64,000 nucleotides of DNA, taken from NCBI GenBank assembly GCA_041664445.1, contig JBAYKT010000007.1, positions 4,360 to 68,359 of the forward strand. Reading direction: 5' to 3'. The stretch is from Patescibacteria group bacterium (GTDB taxonomy: Bacteria > Patescibacteriota > Patescibacteriia > Patescibacteriales > UBA12465). A program made the translations under genes and the position numbers. The notes beneath the pieces are model-generated. The model was not told the DNA's origin. It did not search any database and saw nothing but the letters and a program-made list of their open reading frames with translations. Shown here in pieces: positions 35,979 to 45,601 of this stretch. Numbering within the stretch: the stretch's first letter is position 1; the number at the start of each line of letters is the position of its first letter.

Positions 35979-36005
35979 TTAGCACTCTAATATTAGGACT
36001 GCTAA
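35979..36005 (+). promoter_or_regulatory. CIRCE operator (HrcA binding site)
   Basis: TTAGCACTC-taatattag-GACTGCTAA compared with consensus TTAGCACTC-N9-GAGTGCTAA gives 17 of 18 positions. It lies 28 nt upstream of the clpB ATG. Confidence 0.8.
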
Positions 36006-36032
36006 AATTTAAAAACTCAAAAAATACTATAT

Positions 36033-38672
36033 ATGTTTAATAAATTTACCGATAAATCCCAGGAAGTAATTATTAATTCCCAGGCAATCGCCTCTAATTA
36101 CGGCCAACCAAATATTGAAGCGGTTCATATTCTGCTAGCGCTTCTAGAGCAAAATGAGGGCTTAGTAAAACCGATTCTAGAAAAAATGAAAATTGACCCG
36201 GAGTTAATGGAAGAAAAAATTATCAAAACTATTAAAACTCTGCCCCAAAGCCGAATAAACCAAACGCCCGGACCGGTGCAAGCCGTATCCGGAACCGCCG
36301 AAACGGCCGCCGTTTTAGAAAGAGCGCAAAAAGAAGCAGATGGCATGAGTGATGAGTTCATCTCCACCGAACATATTTTACTCGCGCTTATCGGCGTCTC
36401 TTCCCCGGCCCAAAGAATTTTGCTGGATTTTAAAGTTGAGTACCAAGAAGTTAAAAATATTTTAAAGGAATTACGCGGCTCACAAACCATTACCGATCCT
36501 TTTCCGGAAAATAAATTCCGCGTCTTAGAAAAATATACCACCAATCTTACCGAATTAGCTCGCCAAGAAAAATTAGATCCAGTTATCGGACGTGATATGG
36601 AAATCCGCCGCATTATGCAAGTTCTGCTGCGTCGCACTAAAAACAATCCGGTACTTATCGGCGAAGCCGGAACCGGCAAAACCGCGGTGGTAGAAGGTCT
36701 AGCGCAAAGAATCGTGTCTGGCGATGTTCCAGAAAATTTAAAAAATAAAGAAATTATTGCTTTGGATTTAGGCTCAATCGTTGCTGGCGCTAAGTTTCGC
36801 GGCGAATTTGAAGACCGCTTAAAAGCAATTTTAAAAGAAGTTAAATCGCAAAATGGCCGCTTAATCTTATTTATTGATGAACTGCATACTTTAATCGGTG
36901 CCGGCGCCTCTGAAGGCTCCATGGATGCTTCTAACATGTTAAAACCGGCTCTCGCCCGTGGTGAACTGCGAACTATCGGCGCCACCACCACTAAAGAATA
37001 CCAAAAATATATTGAAAAAGATGCTGCTCTCGAAAGACGCTTCCAGCCGATTTATGTTTCCGAACCCAGCATTGAAGATACTATCAGCATGCTCCGTGGC
37101 CTCAAAGAAAAATATGAGGTTCATCATGGTGTTAGAATTACCGATAATGCCTTGATTGCCGCCGCCAAGCTGTCGCATCGCTATATCAGCGACCGTTTTT
37201 TACCGGACAAAGCTGTAGATTTAATTGATGAGGCGACTTCTTCCCTACGTATGGAAATTGATTCCATGCCGGATGAACTCGACCAATTAAAGCGTAAAAT
37301 AAACCAACTAGAGCTTAACAAAGCGGGTCTCATGACGACCGATAAAAAATCATCAAAAATCCGTGCTATTAATCAAGAACTTGCTAAAATTAAAGAAAAA
37401 TCAACACAATTAGAACTTCACTGGAACAACGAAAAAAATATTATTTCTCAAATCAGAACTTCCAAAAAAGAAATGGAAGACTTAAAAATCAAAGCTGAAA
37501 TTGCTCAAAGACAAGGAGCTGACTTAACTGAAGTTGCTAAAATAAAATATGGCCTAATTCCTGAGTTGGAACACGGAATAGACAACTTGCAAGAAGAGCT
37601 GTTGAAAATTCAAAAAAAGGGACAACGAATTCTTAAAGAAGAGGTGGATGAGGAAGATATTGCTAAAGTAGTTGCTCGCTGGACCGGAATTCCGGTCAAC
37701 AAAATGTTGCAGGATGAAATTAAAAAATTAAGCGATGCCGAAAAAGAACTCAATCAAGAAGTAGTCGGGCAAGAAGAAGCCATCAAGGCGGTTGCTAACG
37801 CCTTAAGAAGATCGCGTGCCGGCATCAACGAAGAAAAACGCCCCATTGGTTCTTTTCTATTTGTCGGACCGACCGGTGTCGGCAAAACCGAACTCGCCAA
37901 AACCTTGGCCAAGTTTATGTTTGACGACGAAAAATCATTAGTTCGTTTAGATATGAGCGAATTCATGGAAAAGCATTCGGTTGCTAAACTGATTGGCTCG
38001 CCTCCGGGTTATGTCGGCCATGACGATGGCGGCCAACTAACCGACAAAGTCCGCCGCCACCCTTACAGCGTTGTCTTGTTTGATGAAATCGAAAAGGCAC
38101 ATCCGGATATGTTTAACATCCTGCTGCAAATCTTAGACGATGGCCGGCTGACTGATTCCAAGGGACGAATGATTAATTTCAAAAACACCATCGTCATTAT
38201 GACCTCCAACCTCGGCAACGAAGTAATTAAACATTATTCCATCGGTTTTAATGACGAAAGCGATAAAAAAGAGGCCTCCAAGCTACGTGAAGGAGAAATG
38301 AAAGAAAAAATAGATAAGATTCTTAAAGAAAATTTCAAACTGGAATTTTTAAATAGAATCGATGAGATTGTTCTCTTCCATAGCTTGTCGCCGGAAGCGC
38401 TAGAGAAAATAGTTGATTTAGAATTGAATAAAGTTGAGAAACGACTGGCCAATAAAAATATCAGCGTTAAAGTCGGCCCGAAAGTCAAAAAAATGTTGGC
38501 GCAAAAAGGTTATGACATCACTTACGGTGCCCGACCGTTAAAGCGCATCATCCAAAATTTGATTTTAGATGAACTAGCGCTAGAAATTATTGAAGGTAAA
38601 ATCAAAGAAGGCGCCAAAGTAAAAATAGACTTGGGGGAACCGGAAAAAATAATTATTAAAGCCTTAAAATAA
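36033..38672 (+). CDS. clpB: Chaperone ClpB (Hsp100 disaggregase with full-length M-domain)
   Basis: Clp_N repeats, [25 protein letters not shown]1 [15 protein letters not shown], a ~130-aa coiled-coil M-domain, D2 [31 protein letters not shown]. Confidence 0.93.
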   Translation: MFNKFTDKSQEVIINSQAIASNYGQPNIEAVHILLALLEQNEGLVKPILEKMKIDPELMEEKIIKTIKTLPQSRINQTPGPVQAVSGTAETAAVLERAQKEADGMSDEFISTEHILLALIGVSSPAQRILLDFKVEYQEVKNILKELRGSQTITDPFPENKFRVLEKYTTNLTELARQEKLDPVIGRDMEIRRIMQVLLRRTKNNPVLIGEAGTGKTAVVEGLAQRIVSGDVPENLKNKEIIALDLGSIVAGAKFRGEFEDRLKAILKEVKSQNGRLILFIDELHTLIGAGASEGSMDASNMLKPALARGELRTIGATTTKEYQKYIEKDAALERRFQPIYVSEPSIEDTISMLRGLKEKYEVHHGVRITDNALIAAAKLSHRYISDRFLPDKAVDLIDEATSSLRMEIDSMPDELDQLKRKINQLELNKAGLMTTDKKSSKIRAINQELAKIKEKSTQLELHWNNEKNIISQIRTSKKEMEDLKIKAEIAQRQGADLTEVAKIKYGLIPELEHGIDNLQEELLKIQKKGQRILKEEVDEEDIAKVVARWTGIPVNKMLQDEIKKLSDAEKELNQEVVGQEEAIKAVANALRRSRAGINEEKRPIGSFLFVGPTGVGKTELAKTLAKFMFDDEKSLVRLDMSEFMEKHSVAKLIGSPPGYVGHDDGGQLTDKVRRHPYSVVLFDEIEKAHPDMFNILLQILDDGRLTDSKGRMINFKNTIVIMTSNLGNEVIKHYSIGFNDESDKKEASKLREGEMKEKIDKILKENFKLEFLNRIDEIVLFHSLSPEALEKIVDLELNKVEKRLANKNISVKVGPKVKKMLAQKGYDITYGARPLKRIIQNLILDELALEIIEGKIKEGAKVKIDLGEPEKIIIKALK

Positions 38673-38683
38673 AAAAATAAAAA

Positions 38684-38705
38684 CCCGTGCTAGCGCGGGT
38701 TTTTT
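38684..38705 (+). terminator. Rho-independent terminator after clpB
   Basis: CCCGTGC (38684-38690) pairs with GCGCGGG (38693-38699) with one G-U pair, followed by TTTTTT. Confidence 0.7.
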
Positions 38706-38781
38706 GGTTGCCGAAGACCTAAAAATATATTATAATGAAAATCAACTAGTGTATAAAAAATCATTTAAAAATACAGCTACC

Positions 38782-40272
38782 ATGAAAAATCAAAAAATAA
38801 GCACAGTCTCTTTAATATTAGCGGTTTTTTCTCTTTCTTTGGCCATTTCGACGCATTTTGTAAAGGCCCAAACTGAAATAGAAGCTAATTTTAATCCTAA
38901 CAACATAATCTCCGATAATGACTTACTGAATGCTCGTTCGATGACGCTATCGGAAATCCAAAATTTTCTACAAAGCAAGAAGAGCTATTTAGCCAATTAC
39001 AGTGCCCCTAACAATAGCGGCGTCACCAAAACAGCGGCCGAAATAATTTACGATGCCACTAATCGTAACTTTGATTGTGATGGCGTCTCTTTAAGTGAAT
39101 CTCCGACTGAGGAAGAAAAACGTTTAAAGTGCAAAACTATTACCACGGTCAACCCTAAATTTATCTTAGTTCTCCTGCAAAAAGAAGCGAGCTTAATTGA
39201 GGACACTAGCCCCGCGCAAGCACGTTTAGACTGGGCTACTGGATATGGCTGTCCTGATAACTGGACCTGCAATCCTTATTACAAAGGTTTTGGCAAACAG
39301 GTAAACAGCGCTTCCCTGCAATTTTTAGCTTACATGCAAGAACAAGAAAAATATAAATACCAGGCCGGAAAAGCCTACACCTTTACCAACCCCTACGGTA
39401 CAATCTCTAACGCGCCCATGACTGTTATTCCGGAAAATAAAGCGACTGCCGCTTTATATAACTACACCCCCCATGTTTTTAACGGCAATTATAATGTCTA
39501 CAAACTTTTTAATCGTTATTTTCCCGATTCAACTTTTGTGGCCACTTACCCCGACGGTTCAGTTTTAAAAGTAGACGGCGACCCGGGAGTTTGGCTGATT
39601 GAAAAAGGTCAAAAAAGATTATTCTTAAATTATTCTTCTTTTATTTCTCGCTTCAGCCCCCAACAAATAATCAGCGTTTCCTCTAGTGCCCTGGATGGCT
39701 ACCCGATCGGAGAAGGCATTAAATTTTCCAATTACTCTTTAGTCCAGACACCGGATAAAAAAATATATATGCTAGTCGGCTCCGAAAAAAGACAATTTGA
39801 CAGCTTAACGTCCTTTAAAGCTATCGGCTTTAATGTCGCCGAGATTGAAAGCGCCAGCAGCGCCGAATTAGCCAGCTACAACGACGGGAAAACGATCACT
39901 GCGACCTCCACTTACGTAACCGGTGCCCTGCTCCAAGACACTAAAACTGGAGGTGTATTTTATGTAGAAAATAACACTAAAGCCCCGCTACTAGATAAAA
40001 TTCTATTAACAACCAGATTTAAAGATAAAAAAATAGTTAGAGTTTCCAGTACTATCTTAAATAAATACACCACCGTCGCCCCCGCCTTATTTAATGACGG
40101 AACCTTATTAAAAACTGATTCGTTCCCAACCGTCTATCTGATATCCAACGGACAAAAACGACCGTTTGCCAATGAGACCGCCTTCAAAACTTTAGGTTAT
40201 GATATGACCAATGTGATAACCATCTCTTCCAAGTTAATGTCTAATTATTCTCAAGGAGATCCGATACAATAA
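38782..40272 (+). CDS. Secreted hypothetical protein
   Basis: Start placed at the ATG giving the signal peptide MKNQKISTVSLILAVFSLSLAISTHFVKAQ; the track start is a non-ATG extension through the clpB terminator. The C-terminal half contains repeated ~60-aa modules (…VWLIEKGQKRLF…, …IYMLVGSEKRQF…, …VFYVENNTKAPL…, …VYLISNGQKRPF…). Confidence 0.65.
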   Translation: MKNQKISTVSLILAVFSLSLAISTHFVKAQTEIEANFNPNNIISDNDLLNARSMTLSEIQNFLQSKKSYLANYSAPNNSGVTKTAAEIIYDATNRNFDCDGVSLSESPTEEEKRLKCKTITTVNPKFILVLLQKEASLIEDTSPAQARLDWATGYGCPDNWTCNPYYKGFGKQVNSASLQFLAYMQEQEKYKYQAGKAYTFTNPYGTISNAPMTVIPENKATAALYNYTPHVFNGNYNVYKLFNRYFPDSTFVATYPDGSVLKVDGDPGVWLIEKGQKRLFLNYSSFISRFSPQQIISVSSSALDGYPIGEGIKFSNYSLVQTPDKKIYMLVGSEKRQFDSLTSFKAIGFNVAEIESASSAELASYNDGKTITATSTYVTGALLQDTKTGGVFYVENNTKAPLLDKILLTTRFKDKKIVRVSSTILNKYTTVAPALFNDGTLLKTDSFPTVYLISNGQKRPFANETAFKTLGYDMTNVITISSKLMSNYSQGDPIQ

Positions 40273-40276
40273 AAAT

Positions 40277-41098
40277 ATGCCCCTTATAAAAGCCTTTTTA
40301 CTGCCACATTCGCCACTTTTAGTTCCGGAAATTGGTCGCGCTAATCATGAATTTCTTGCCAAGACTGCTGCCGCCTACCAAAAAGTCAAGACCGACTTCA
40401 TAGAAGCCGGCGTGGAAACACTAATTATAATTTCTCCTCACAATAAAATCCGAGAAAATTTTTTCATTGTTAACTCCGCCCCGGAAATGGAAATCAGTTT
40501 TCCGGATTTTGGCTTTATTCCTCCAAAAAATTTTTTGAAAGGTGATATTATTTTTTCCGATAAAATAAAAAACAACCTTAAAAATGAAGTGCCTTTAAGG
40601 ATCTTGTCGGATAGCGCGTTAGATTACGGCAGCGCTATTCCCTTATACTTATTAAAAACTGCGGAAACTAATTTTAAAATTCTGGTAATTTCTCCAGCTG
40701 ATGATTTTAGTTTAGAAGAAAATTTTAATTTCGGCTTAAAGCTGTCAGAAACCATTGAAACTGAAGCTAAAAAAATTGCCATCATTGTTTCCGGAGATTT
40801 ATCGCATCGCCTGAAGCGAAAGTCTCCAGGCGGCTATTCTCCCAAAGGCGCTAAGTTTGACAACAAATTAATTGAATATCTCAGCGACCCGGAAAATGCT
40901 AAAAAAAATATTCTGAATATGGACAAGCGCTTAATCTCAGAAGCCAGCGAATGCGGTCTAAAGCCGCTAGTAATTCTCTTGGGTATTTTGGACAAGCTAA
41001 AATGGGAACCGGATATTTTAGCTTACCAAACTGACTTCGGTATTGGTTATTTAAGTTTAGAATTTTTACTTCCCGAAAGTAAAATCGAGACCGCCTAA
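40277..41098 (+). CDS. Class III extradiol dioxygenase (LigB/MEMO-like) family protein
   Basis: FLLPHSPLLVPEIG, IIISPHN, VSGDLSHRL. Subfamily not resolvable by eye. Confidence 0.55.
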   Translation: MPLIKAFLLPHSPLLVPEIGRANHEFLAKTAAAYQKVKTDFIEAGVETLIIISPHNKIRENFFIVNSAPEMEISFPDFGFIPPKNFLKGDIIFSDKIKNNLKNEVPLRILSDSALDYGSAIPLYLLKTAETNFKILVISPADDFSLEENFNFGLKLSETIETEAKKIAIIVSGDLSHRLKRKSPGGYSPKGAKFDNKLIEYLSDPENAKKNILNMDKRLISEASECGLKPLVILLGILDKLKWEPDILAYQTDFGIGYLSLEFLLPESKIETA

Positions 41099-41104
41099 AA
41101 TTAT

Positions 41105-41383
41105 ATGAAAGACAGCTTCCAATCTTTCTCGGATATCTTCAAAAATCGTAAGCCGGTTAAAGCGCCGGCCTATCCTTGGCAAGATTTAGCTTTACGCGTC
41201 ATCAAAGATTTAGGAATACCAGACTTTAAACGCTCTTCGGTTTTTAAGGCTTGTAAAGATTTACCTATTAATATCATAGAAATGGCTCTCAACGACACTA
41301 AAGAATTATGTAAAACCGGAGCCAGGTGGAAATACTTTTTTAAAATAGTAGATGAAAGAAAAGAAAATAAAATAGAAAAATAA
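41105..41383 (+). CDS. Hypothetical protein
   Basis: 92-aa ORF, 6 nt after the preceding gene. No motif recognised. Confidence 0.45.
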   Translation: MKDSFQSFSDIFKNRKPVKAPAYPWQDLALRVIKDLGIPDFKRSSVFKACKDLPINIIEMALNDTKELCKTGARWKYFFKIVDERKENKIEK

Positions 41384-41400
41384 AATTTAGCTAATAATAT

Positions 41401-41904
41401 ATGGCCAAACAATTAAATATTCTTATAAATCCTCACCCGATTTTAAGAAAAAAATCATTAGAGATAGAGCCGAAGGAGCTTTTGAGCAAACAAATGAAAA
41501 CGCTGCTCTTGGATATGGAAGAAACCATGAAAAAGAAAGACGGCGCTGGCTTAGCAGCGCCACAAATCGGCAAAAATATCCGCATGATTGTCGTCAGCGA
41601 CGAAAACAAAACCATCTTTTTGATTAATCCGAAAATAACTAAAAAATCCTGGGCCAGAAAAGTGGAAGACGAAGGCTGCTTGTCAGTTTTAAATGACAAG
41701 GGAGAAATAATCTACGCACCAATTTCGCGCCACAAAAAAATAAATTGTGTCTATCTTGATGAAAAAGGCAATAAAAAAACTCTCGCCGCGGAGAACTTGC
41801 TGGCCAGAGTCATTCAACACGAAATCGATCATTTAGACGGAATTCTTTTTATTGATTATCTTAAAAATTTTCCAAATAATCCAGAGTCCACCAAAAATAA
41901 GTAA
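41401..41904 (+). CDS. def: Peptide deformylase
   Basis: All three motifs are present: GAGLAAPQIG, EGCLS, QHEIDHLDG. Confidence 0.92.
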   Translation: MAKQLNILINPHPILRKKSLEIEPKELLSKQMKTLLLDMEETMKKKDGAGLAAPQIGKNIRMIVVSDENKTIFLINPKITKKSWARKVEDEGCLSVLNDKGEIIYAPISRHKKINCVYLDEKGNKKTLAAENLLARVIQHEIDHLDGILFIDYLKNFPNNPESTKNK

Positions 41905-42456
41905 GCCCCAAGATATTTCGTTGTAATATTGAGAAAGGAGCTCTTTATTAGAACCGATAAAATAGCCGAGAGCAGCCAAAACGGACACCCAAAGCAGCGA
42001 GCCTAGAGTTGTATAAAATATGAAGGGCCAAAAAGGCATTTTTGAAAATCCCGCCGGTAAAGAAACAAGTTGTCTGATAACGGGAATTAAGCGACCGATA
42101 AAAGTTGCGGCCACCGAATTTTCCAAAAAATATTTTTCTGCTCGCTCCAAGCTTTCAGGATTGATTAATAAAAATTTAGCAAAACGATGGCGCGATAACT
42201 TATAAATAAGCGGTCGTCCTAAAAAATAAGCAAAATAATAATTAAATATAGCGCCGACCACACTCCCGACTACTCCAGCCAATATTATTAACCAAATATT
42301 TAAGGAACCCTGGCTGGCTAAATAAGCCGCTGGCGGAACAATAATTTCTGAAGGCATCGGAATAAATGAGCTTTCAATCGCCATTAAAATACCAATACCA
42401 AAATAGCCCATACCCTGGGCGATGCTCAACAAAAAATTAAAAAATCCAGTTAACAT
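41833..42456 (-). CDS. DedA family membrane protein
   Basis: 207 aa. SFIPMPSEIIVPPAGYLA-like N-terminus, GRLIPVIRQLVSLPAG motif, and TM helices. Confidence 0.8.
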   Translation of the reverse strand: MLTGFFNFLLSIAQGMGYFGIGILMAIESSFIPMPSEIIVPPAAYLASQGSLNIWLIILAGVVGSVVGAIFNYYFAYFLGRPLIYKLSRHRFAKFLLINPESLERAEKYFLENSVAATFIGRLIPVIRQLVSLPAGFSKMPFWPFIFYTTLGSLLWVSVLAALGYFIGSNKELLSQYYNEISWGLLIFGGLWIIWKIFKIINKKNSV

Positions 42457-42483
42457 AATCTAAATATACCACACTCGCTAACT

Positions 42484-43434
42484 ATGTCCAGCCAAGAAAA
42501 GAAAAAAATTATCTTCATGGGGACGCCTGAATTTTCCCTGCCCGGCTTAAGCGCTTTGATTCAAAGCGCTGATTTTGAAGTTGTCGGTGTTTTCACTCAA
42601 CCAGACAAACCCGTGGGGCGCAAGCAACTGTTAACACTACCGCCGGTTAAAGTTTTGGCCCTAGAAAATAACATAAAAGTATTTCAACCGGAAAAGATAA
42701 AAACCGAAATAGATAATATCCGTTCTTTGGCACCTGACTTAATTGTGGTGATTGCTTATGGAAAAATAATTCCTCAGGAAATTTTAGACATTCCAAAATA
42801 TGGCTGCATCAACGTCCATGCTTCCCTGCTACCAAAATATCGCGGCGCCGCTTGTCTTAACGCGCCAATTTTAAACGGCGACTCAGAAACCGGGGTGACT
42901 ATCATGAAAATGGAAGCCGGCTTAGATACTGGCCCTATTTTACGCCAAGGATTAATGACGCTTAAGGGACAAGAAACTTTAAGTGATGTCCATGATTTTC
43001 TTTCTAATTTAGGAGCCGAGATTTTACCGGAAACTTTAAAGTCTTGGATGAATGGAAAAATAGAACCACAAATTCAAAACGACGCCCAGGCCACTTATGT
43101 CAAAACTTTGAATAAAGAAGACGGCAAAATTGATTGGACCAAATCCGCTATCGAAATTGAGAGTCAAATTCGCGCTTATAACCCTTGGCCGGGAACTTTT
43201 TGTTATGATAAAAATGGTAAAATTATAAAGATATTGGCAGCCGAAATATCGCCCGATAAGCCCGCTTCAGAAGCCCGGGCGGGCGTGGTTTCTTGGGCAC
43301 AAAACCAATTGACAGTCGCTTGCGGACAAGGTAGTATAATTATATTAAAATTACAAACTGAGGGCGGTAAGGCCTTGGATACTAAGAGTTTTATGAGCGG
43401 CCACCAAGATTTCAGCGCAGAAATTTTAAAATAA
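42484..43434 (+). CDS. fmt: Methionyl-tRNA formyltransferase
   Basis: IIFMGTPEFS, NVHASLLPKYRGAA, YNPWPG, and a C-terminal beta-barrel domain. 316 aa. Confidence 0.92.
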   Translation: MSSQEKKKIIFMGTPEFSLPGLSALIQSADFEVVGVFTQPDKPVGRKQLLTLPPVKVLALENNIKVFQPEKIKTEIDNIRSLAPDLIVVIAYGKIIPQEILDIPKYGCINVHASLLPKYRGAACLNAPILNGDSETGVTIMKMEAGLDTGPILRQGLMTLKGQETLSDVHDFLSNLGAEILPETLKSWMNGKIEPQIQNDAQATYVKTLNKEDGKIDWTKSAIEIESQIRAYNPWPGTFCYDKNGKIIKILAAEISPDKPASEARAGVVSWAQNQLTVACGQGSIIILKLQTEGGKALDTKSFMSGHQDFSAEILK

Positions 43435-43440
43435 AATTAC

Positions 43441-43512
43441 GGTCTCTTCGTCTAACGGCTAGGACGCCAGGTTCTCATCCTGGTAATAGGGGTTCGATTC
43501 CCCTAGGGACTA
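43441..43512 (+). tRNA. tRNA-Glu (anticodon CTC), integration target
   Basis: GGTCTCT-TC-GTCT-AACGGCTA-GGAC-G-CCAGG-TTCTCAT-CCTGG-TAAT-AGGGG-TTCGATT-CCCCT-AGGGACT-A. The acceptor stem has two G-U pairs. Confidence 0.85.
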
Positions 43513-43513
43513 C
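43468..43513 (+). repeat. attL core (within the intact tRNA-Glu)
   Basis: caggttctcatcctggtaataggggttcgattcccctagggactac is identical to 58546-58591. Confidence 0.9.
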
Positions 43514-43543
43514 AGAATAAGAAATGGGCTAAAAGCCTGTTTT

Positions 43544-44659
43544 TTATTGGGTTTTTTGAAGTATTTTAGTTTCCAGTAAATCAGAAACTAAAATATTTTT
43601 ATCATTAATTATCGGAGCGGTGACTAAATGTTGACCAAAATTATTAGCCAAGGTCTCAACCGCACCCCTTACAGCTTGAGCGGTTAGGTGAGAATAGCGC
43701 ATTGTTGTCTTAATGTCAGCATGTCCCAGTAACTCTTTAATTAGAACAATAGAAACCCCATTCTGAGCTAAGTGAGAGGCAAAGGTATGTCTTAAGGTGT
43801 GCCAACCTATTTTACGCAACCCAGCTCGGTTACAGGCTCGGTGCAACCAGTTTAAACATAAAACTGGATTAAGATGATTGCCGTCTTTATCAAAGGCTAT
43901 CCCATGCTTTTTGGCCCTTAAAATAATAAGCTCTTTAACATCTCCCAATAATGGGACATATCTAATCTTGTTACTCTTAGGACTTCCCAAATGCCCCCTA
44001 GCGATTGATTTCTGAACAGTTAATAGATTGCCCTTAAAATCAATATCATTCCATTCTAAGGCAATTAACTCTCCAAAACGAAGCCCAGTTTTAAGACCAA
44101 AAAGAATCATCTCTTTTAACATCCCGTCAGAATTATCTAATAATAACTGACATTCCTCTGAACTAAGAAAATCAAATTTTTGCGGCTGAACCTTTAGAAG
44201 TTTAACTTTAGGAGTATTTTGAATTATTCCCCATTCTTGAGCAGTATTAAAACATTTGTTTAGAACAATTAAATGATTGTTAACACTTTTATTAGACTGG
44301 CCTGACTGTATTTTATTAGCCTTATAGTTTTCAATATCTAGGTTACTAATTTTATCTAATTGTTTTTGGCCAAAGAATGGATTTAAATGGGCCCTAAGTA
44401 AACTTTCTTTATTTAGAATTTCTGAATATTTATTATTGTTCTTAACATACACTTCAAGCCAATTATCAGAGAATTCTTTAAAAGTTGGGACTGCCTTTTG
44501 CTCTTCTACTATAGGCTCTCCGCGTGCTAGCTTCTGTCGCAATAAAGCCTCATAAGCCTTAGCCCCGGCCTGAGTATTCTGCGGGCTAAGTTTACGATAT
44601 CTTTTATTTTGGCAATAAATACTTACCCAGTATTTATTCTTATTTTTATAAACGCTCAT
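43544..44659 (-). CDS. int: Tyrosine recombinase / phage-type integrase
   Basis: N-terminal SAM-like domain. Catalytic domain with GLRFGEL (Arg), HTLRHTFASHL (H-x-x-R) and LLGHADIKTTMRYSHL (His/Tyr). Confidence 0.92.
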   Translation of the reverse strand: MSVYKNKNKYWVSIYCQNKRYRKLSPQNTQAGAKAYEALLRQKLARGEPIVEEQKAVPTFKEFSDNWLEVYVKNNNKYSEILNKESLLRAHLNPFFGQKQLDKISNLDIENYKANKIQSGQSNKSVNNHLIVLNKCFNTAQEWGIIQNTPKVKLLKVQPQKFDFLSSEECQLLLDNSDGMLKEMILFGLKTGLRFGELIALEWNDIDFKGNLLTVQKSIARGHLGSPKSNKIRYVPLLGDVKELIILRAKKHGIAFDKDGNHLNPVLCLNWLHRACNRAGLRKIGWHTLRHTFASHLAQNGVSIVLIKELLGHADIKTTMRYSHLTAQAVRGAVETLANNFGQHLVTAPIINDKNILVSDLLETKILQKTQ

Positions 44660-44667
44660 ATAATTTA

Positions 44668-44865
44668 TTAGACGACTGCATCAATACGAGCATTATCTAT
44701 ATACTTTTCAATATCAGATATTTTAAATCTCAAACTGCCACTTATTTTATAAAATGGTATTTTGCGTTTTTCTATTAATCTATACACCGAAGGCTTGGAC
44801 ATTCTTAAAATTGAAGCCAGCTCATCAGGTGTTATTAAGTTGTTCGTATTGGAAACGTCGTTCAT
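44668..44865 (-). CDS. xis: Excisionase-family HTH DNA-binding protein
   Basis: 65 aa. LITPDELASILRMSKPSVYRLIEKRKIPFYKISGSLRFKISDIEKYI is the HTH_17/excisionase pattern. Located directly upstream of int. Confidence 0.8.
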   Translation of the reverse strand: MNDVSNTNNLITPDELASILRMSKPSVYRLIEKRKIPFYKISGSLRFKISDIEKYIDNARIDAVV

Positions 44866-44966
44866 TTAGTTATTAAGGAGCGATATAAGGCGAGTTAATT
44901 AAAACTCGTAGACAATATCGATCCTAACATATTTTTATGAGAATTTACATATTTTTGTTTTCCAGC

Positions 44967-45410
44967 TTAGTATTGACTTAGCTGTTTTTGGTCTGAATCA
45001 CCGTGTTTTAAAAAGGTATTTTTAAAATATTCATTAACATAAGCATTGCGAGCCGCGTATTCTGATGCTGGGTCAATTGTCTGATTATCATTAAACATCC
45101 CTAAAGACTTACCTATCGCAATAATGGCTTGGAGTTTGGTGCTGTCTGATTTAGCTTCCTCGGCTAGTTGTTTTAATTTTGCTAAAACATAGTTGGCATC
45201 TAGCTCTAAAACAGCAAATCTCTCCTTTAGATACTCCCGGATCTTAGCGTTCCTGAGCAATCTTGAAGCGTTAACGGCTGCCGTATTATCATCAAGTTCT
45301 TGACCATACACGGCCTTATAAGCAATCGTCCCATTTCGATTGGAGATTATATACTGCTCGGCAAATATGATTTGCTTATCAACTATTTTTGGTTTATTAA
45401 TCTGATTCAT
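44967..45410 (-). CDS. Terminase small subunit-like protein (P27-family-like)
   Basis: 147 aa. KQIIFAEQYIISNRNGTIAYKAVYG...AAVNASRLLRNAKIREYL matches the N-terminal HTH pattern of small terminases. Confidence 0.55.
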   Translation of the reverse strand: MNQINKPKIVDKQIIFAEQYIISNRNGTIAYKAVYGQELDDNTAAVNASRLLRNAKIREYLKERFAVLELDANYVLAKLKQLAEEAKSDSTKLQAIIAIGKSLGMFNDNQTIDPASEYAARNAYVNEYFKNTFLKHGDSDQKQLSQY

Positions 45411-45413
45411 AAC

Positions 45414-45599
45414 CTTGTTATTTGTTAACTGCTTGTTAAATATTCTTTAACAAATAAATTTGTTTAATATTAGTTAATTACGATTTCAGGTTATTAAAAT
45501 TCCCCAGAAGAAGGTGATATATCTTGGTTTACTAATAAACCAAGAATATTCTTCTTGTTAACTTGTTAACCTATATATAGATATTAACAAGTAACAAGC
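45414..45599. repeat. Iteron-like repeat cluster ((C/T)TTGTTAA(C) in both orientations) plus a 9-bp-stem hairpin
   Basis: Direct copies of TTGTTA(A) start at 45415, 45422, 45433, 45555 and 45563; TTGTTTAA starts at 45461. Inverted copies lie at 45447-45454 and 45583-45599 (two adjacent). Hairpin CTTGGTTTA-CTAA-TAAACCAAG at 45523-45544. Confidence 0.6.
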
Positions 45600-45601
45600 T
45601 G

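Noticed and set aside
36125-36991. 288-aa ORF on the minus strand inside clpB (plus further antisense ORFs at 36939-37178, 37754-37966 and 38234-38488)
   Set aside because: It lies entirely antisense to a gene with unmistakable ClpB motifs. The translation is low-complexity and Ser/Arg/Pro-rich with no start context. It is a typical shadow ORF.
41833-41904. 72-bp convergent overlap of the def and DedA-family 3' ends
   Set aside because: Both frames are plausible up to their stops, and convergent overlaps occur in compact genomes. I see no evidence that it is functional. It is noted but not promoted to a finding.
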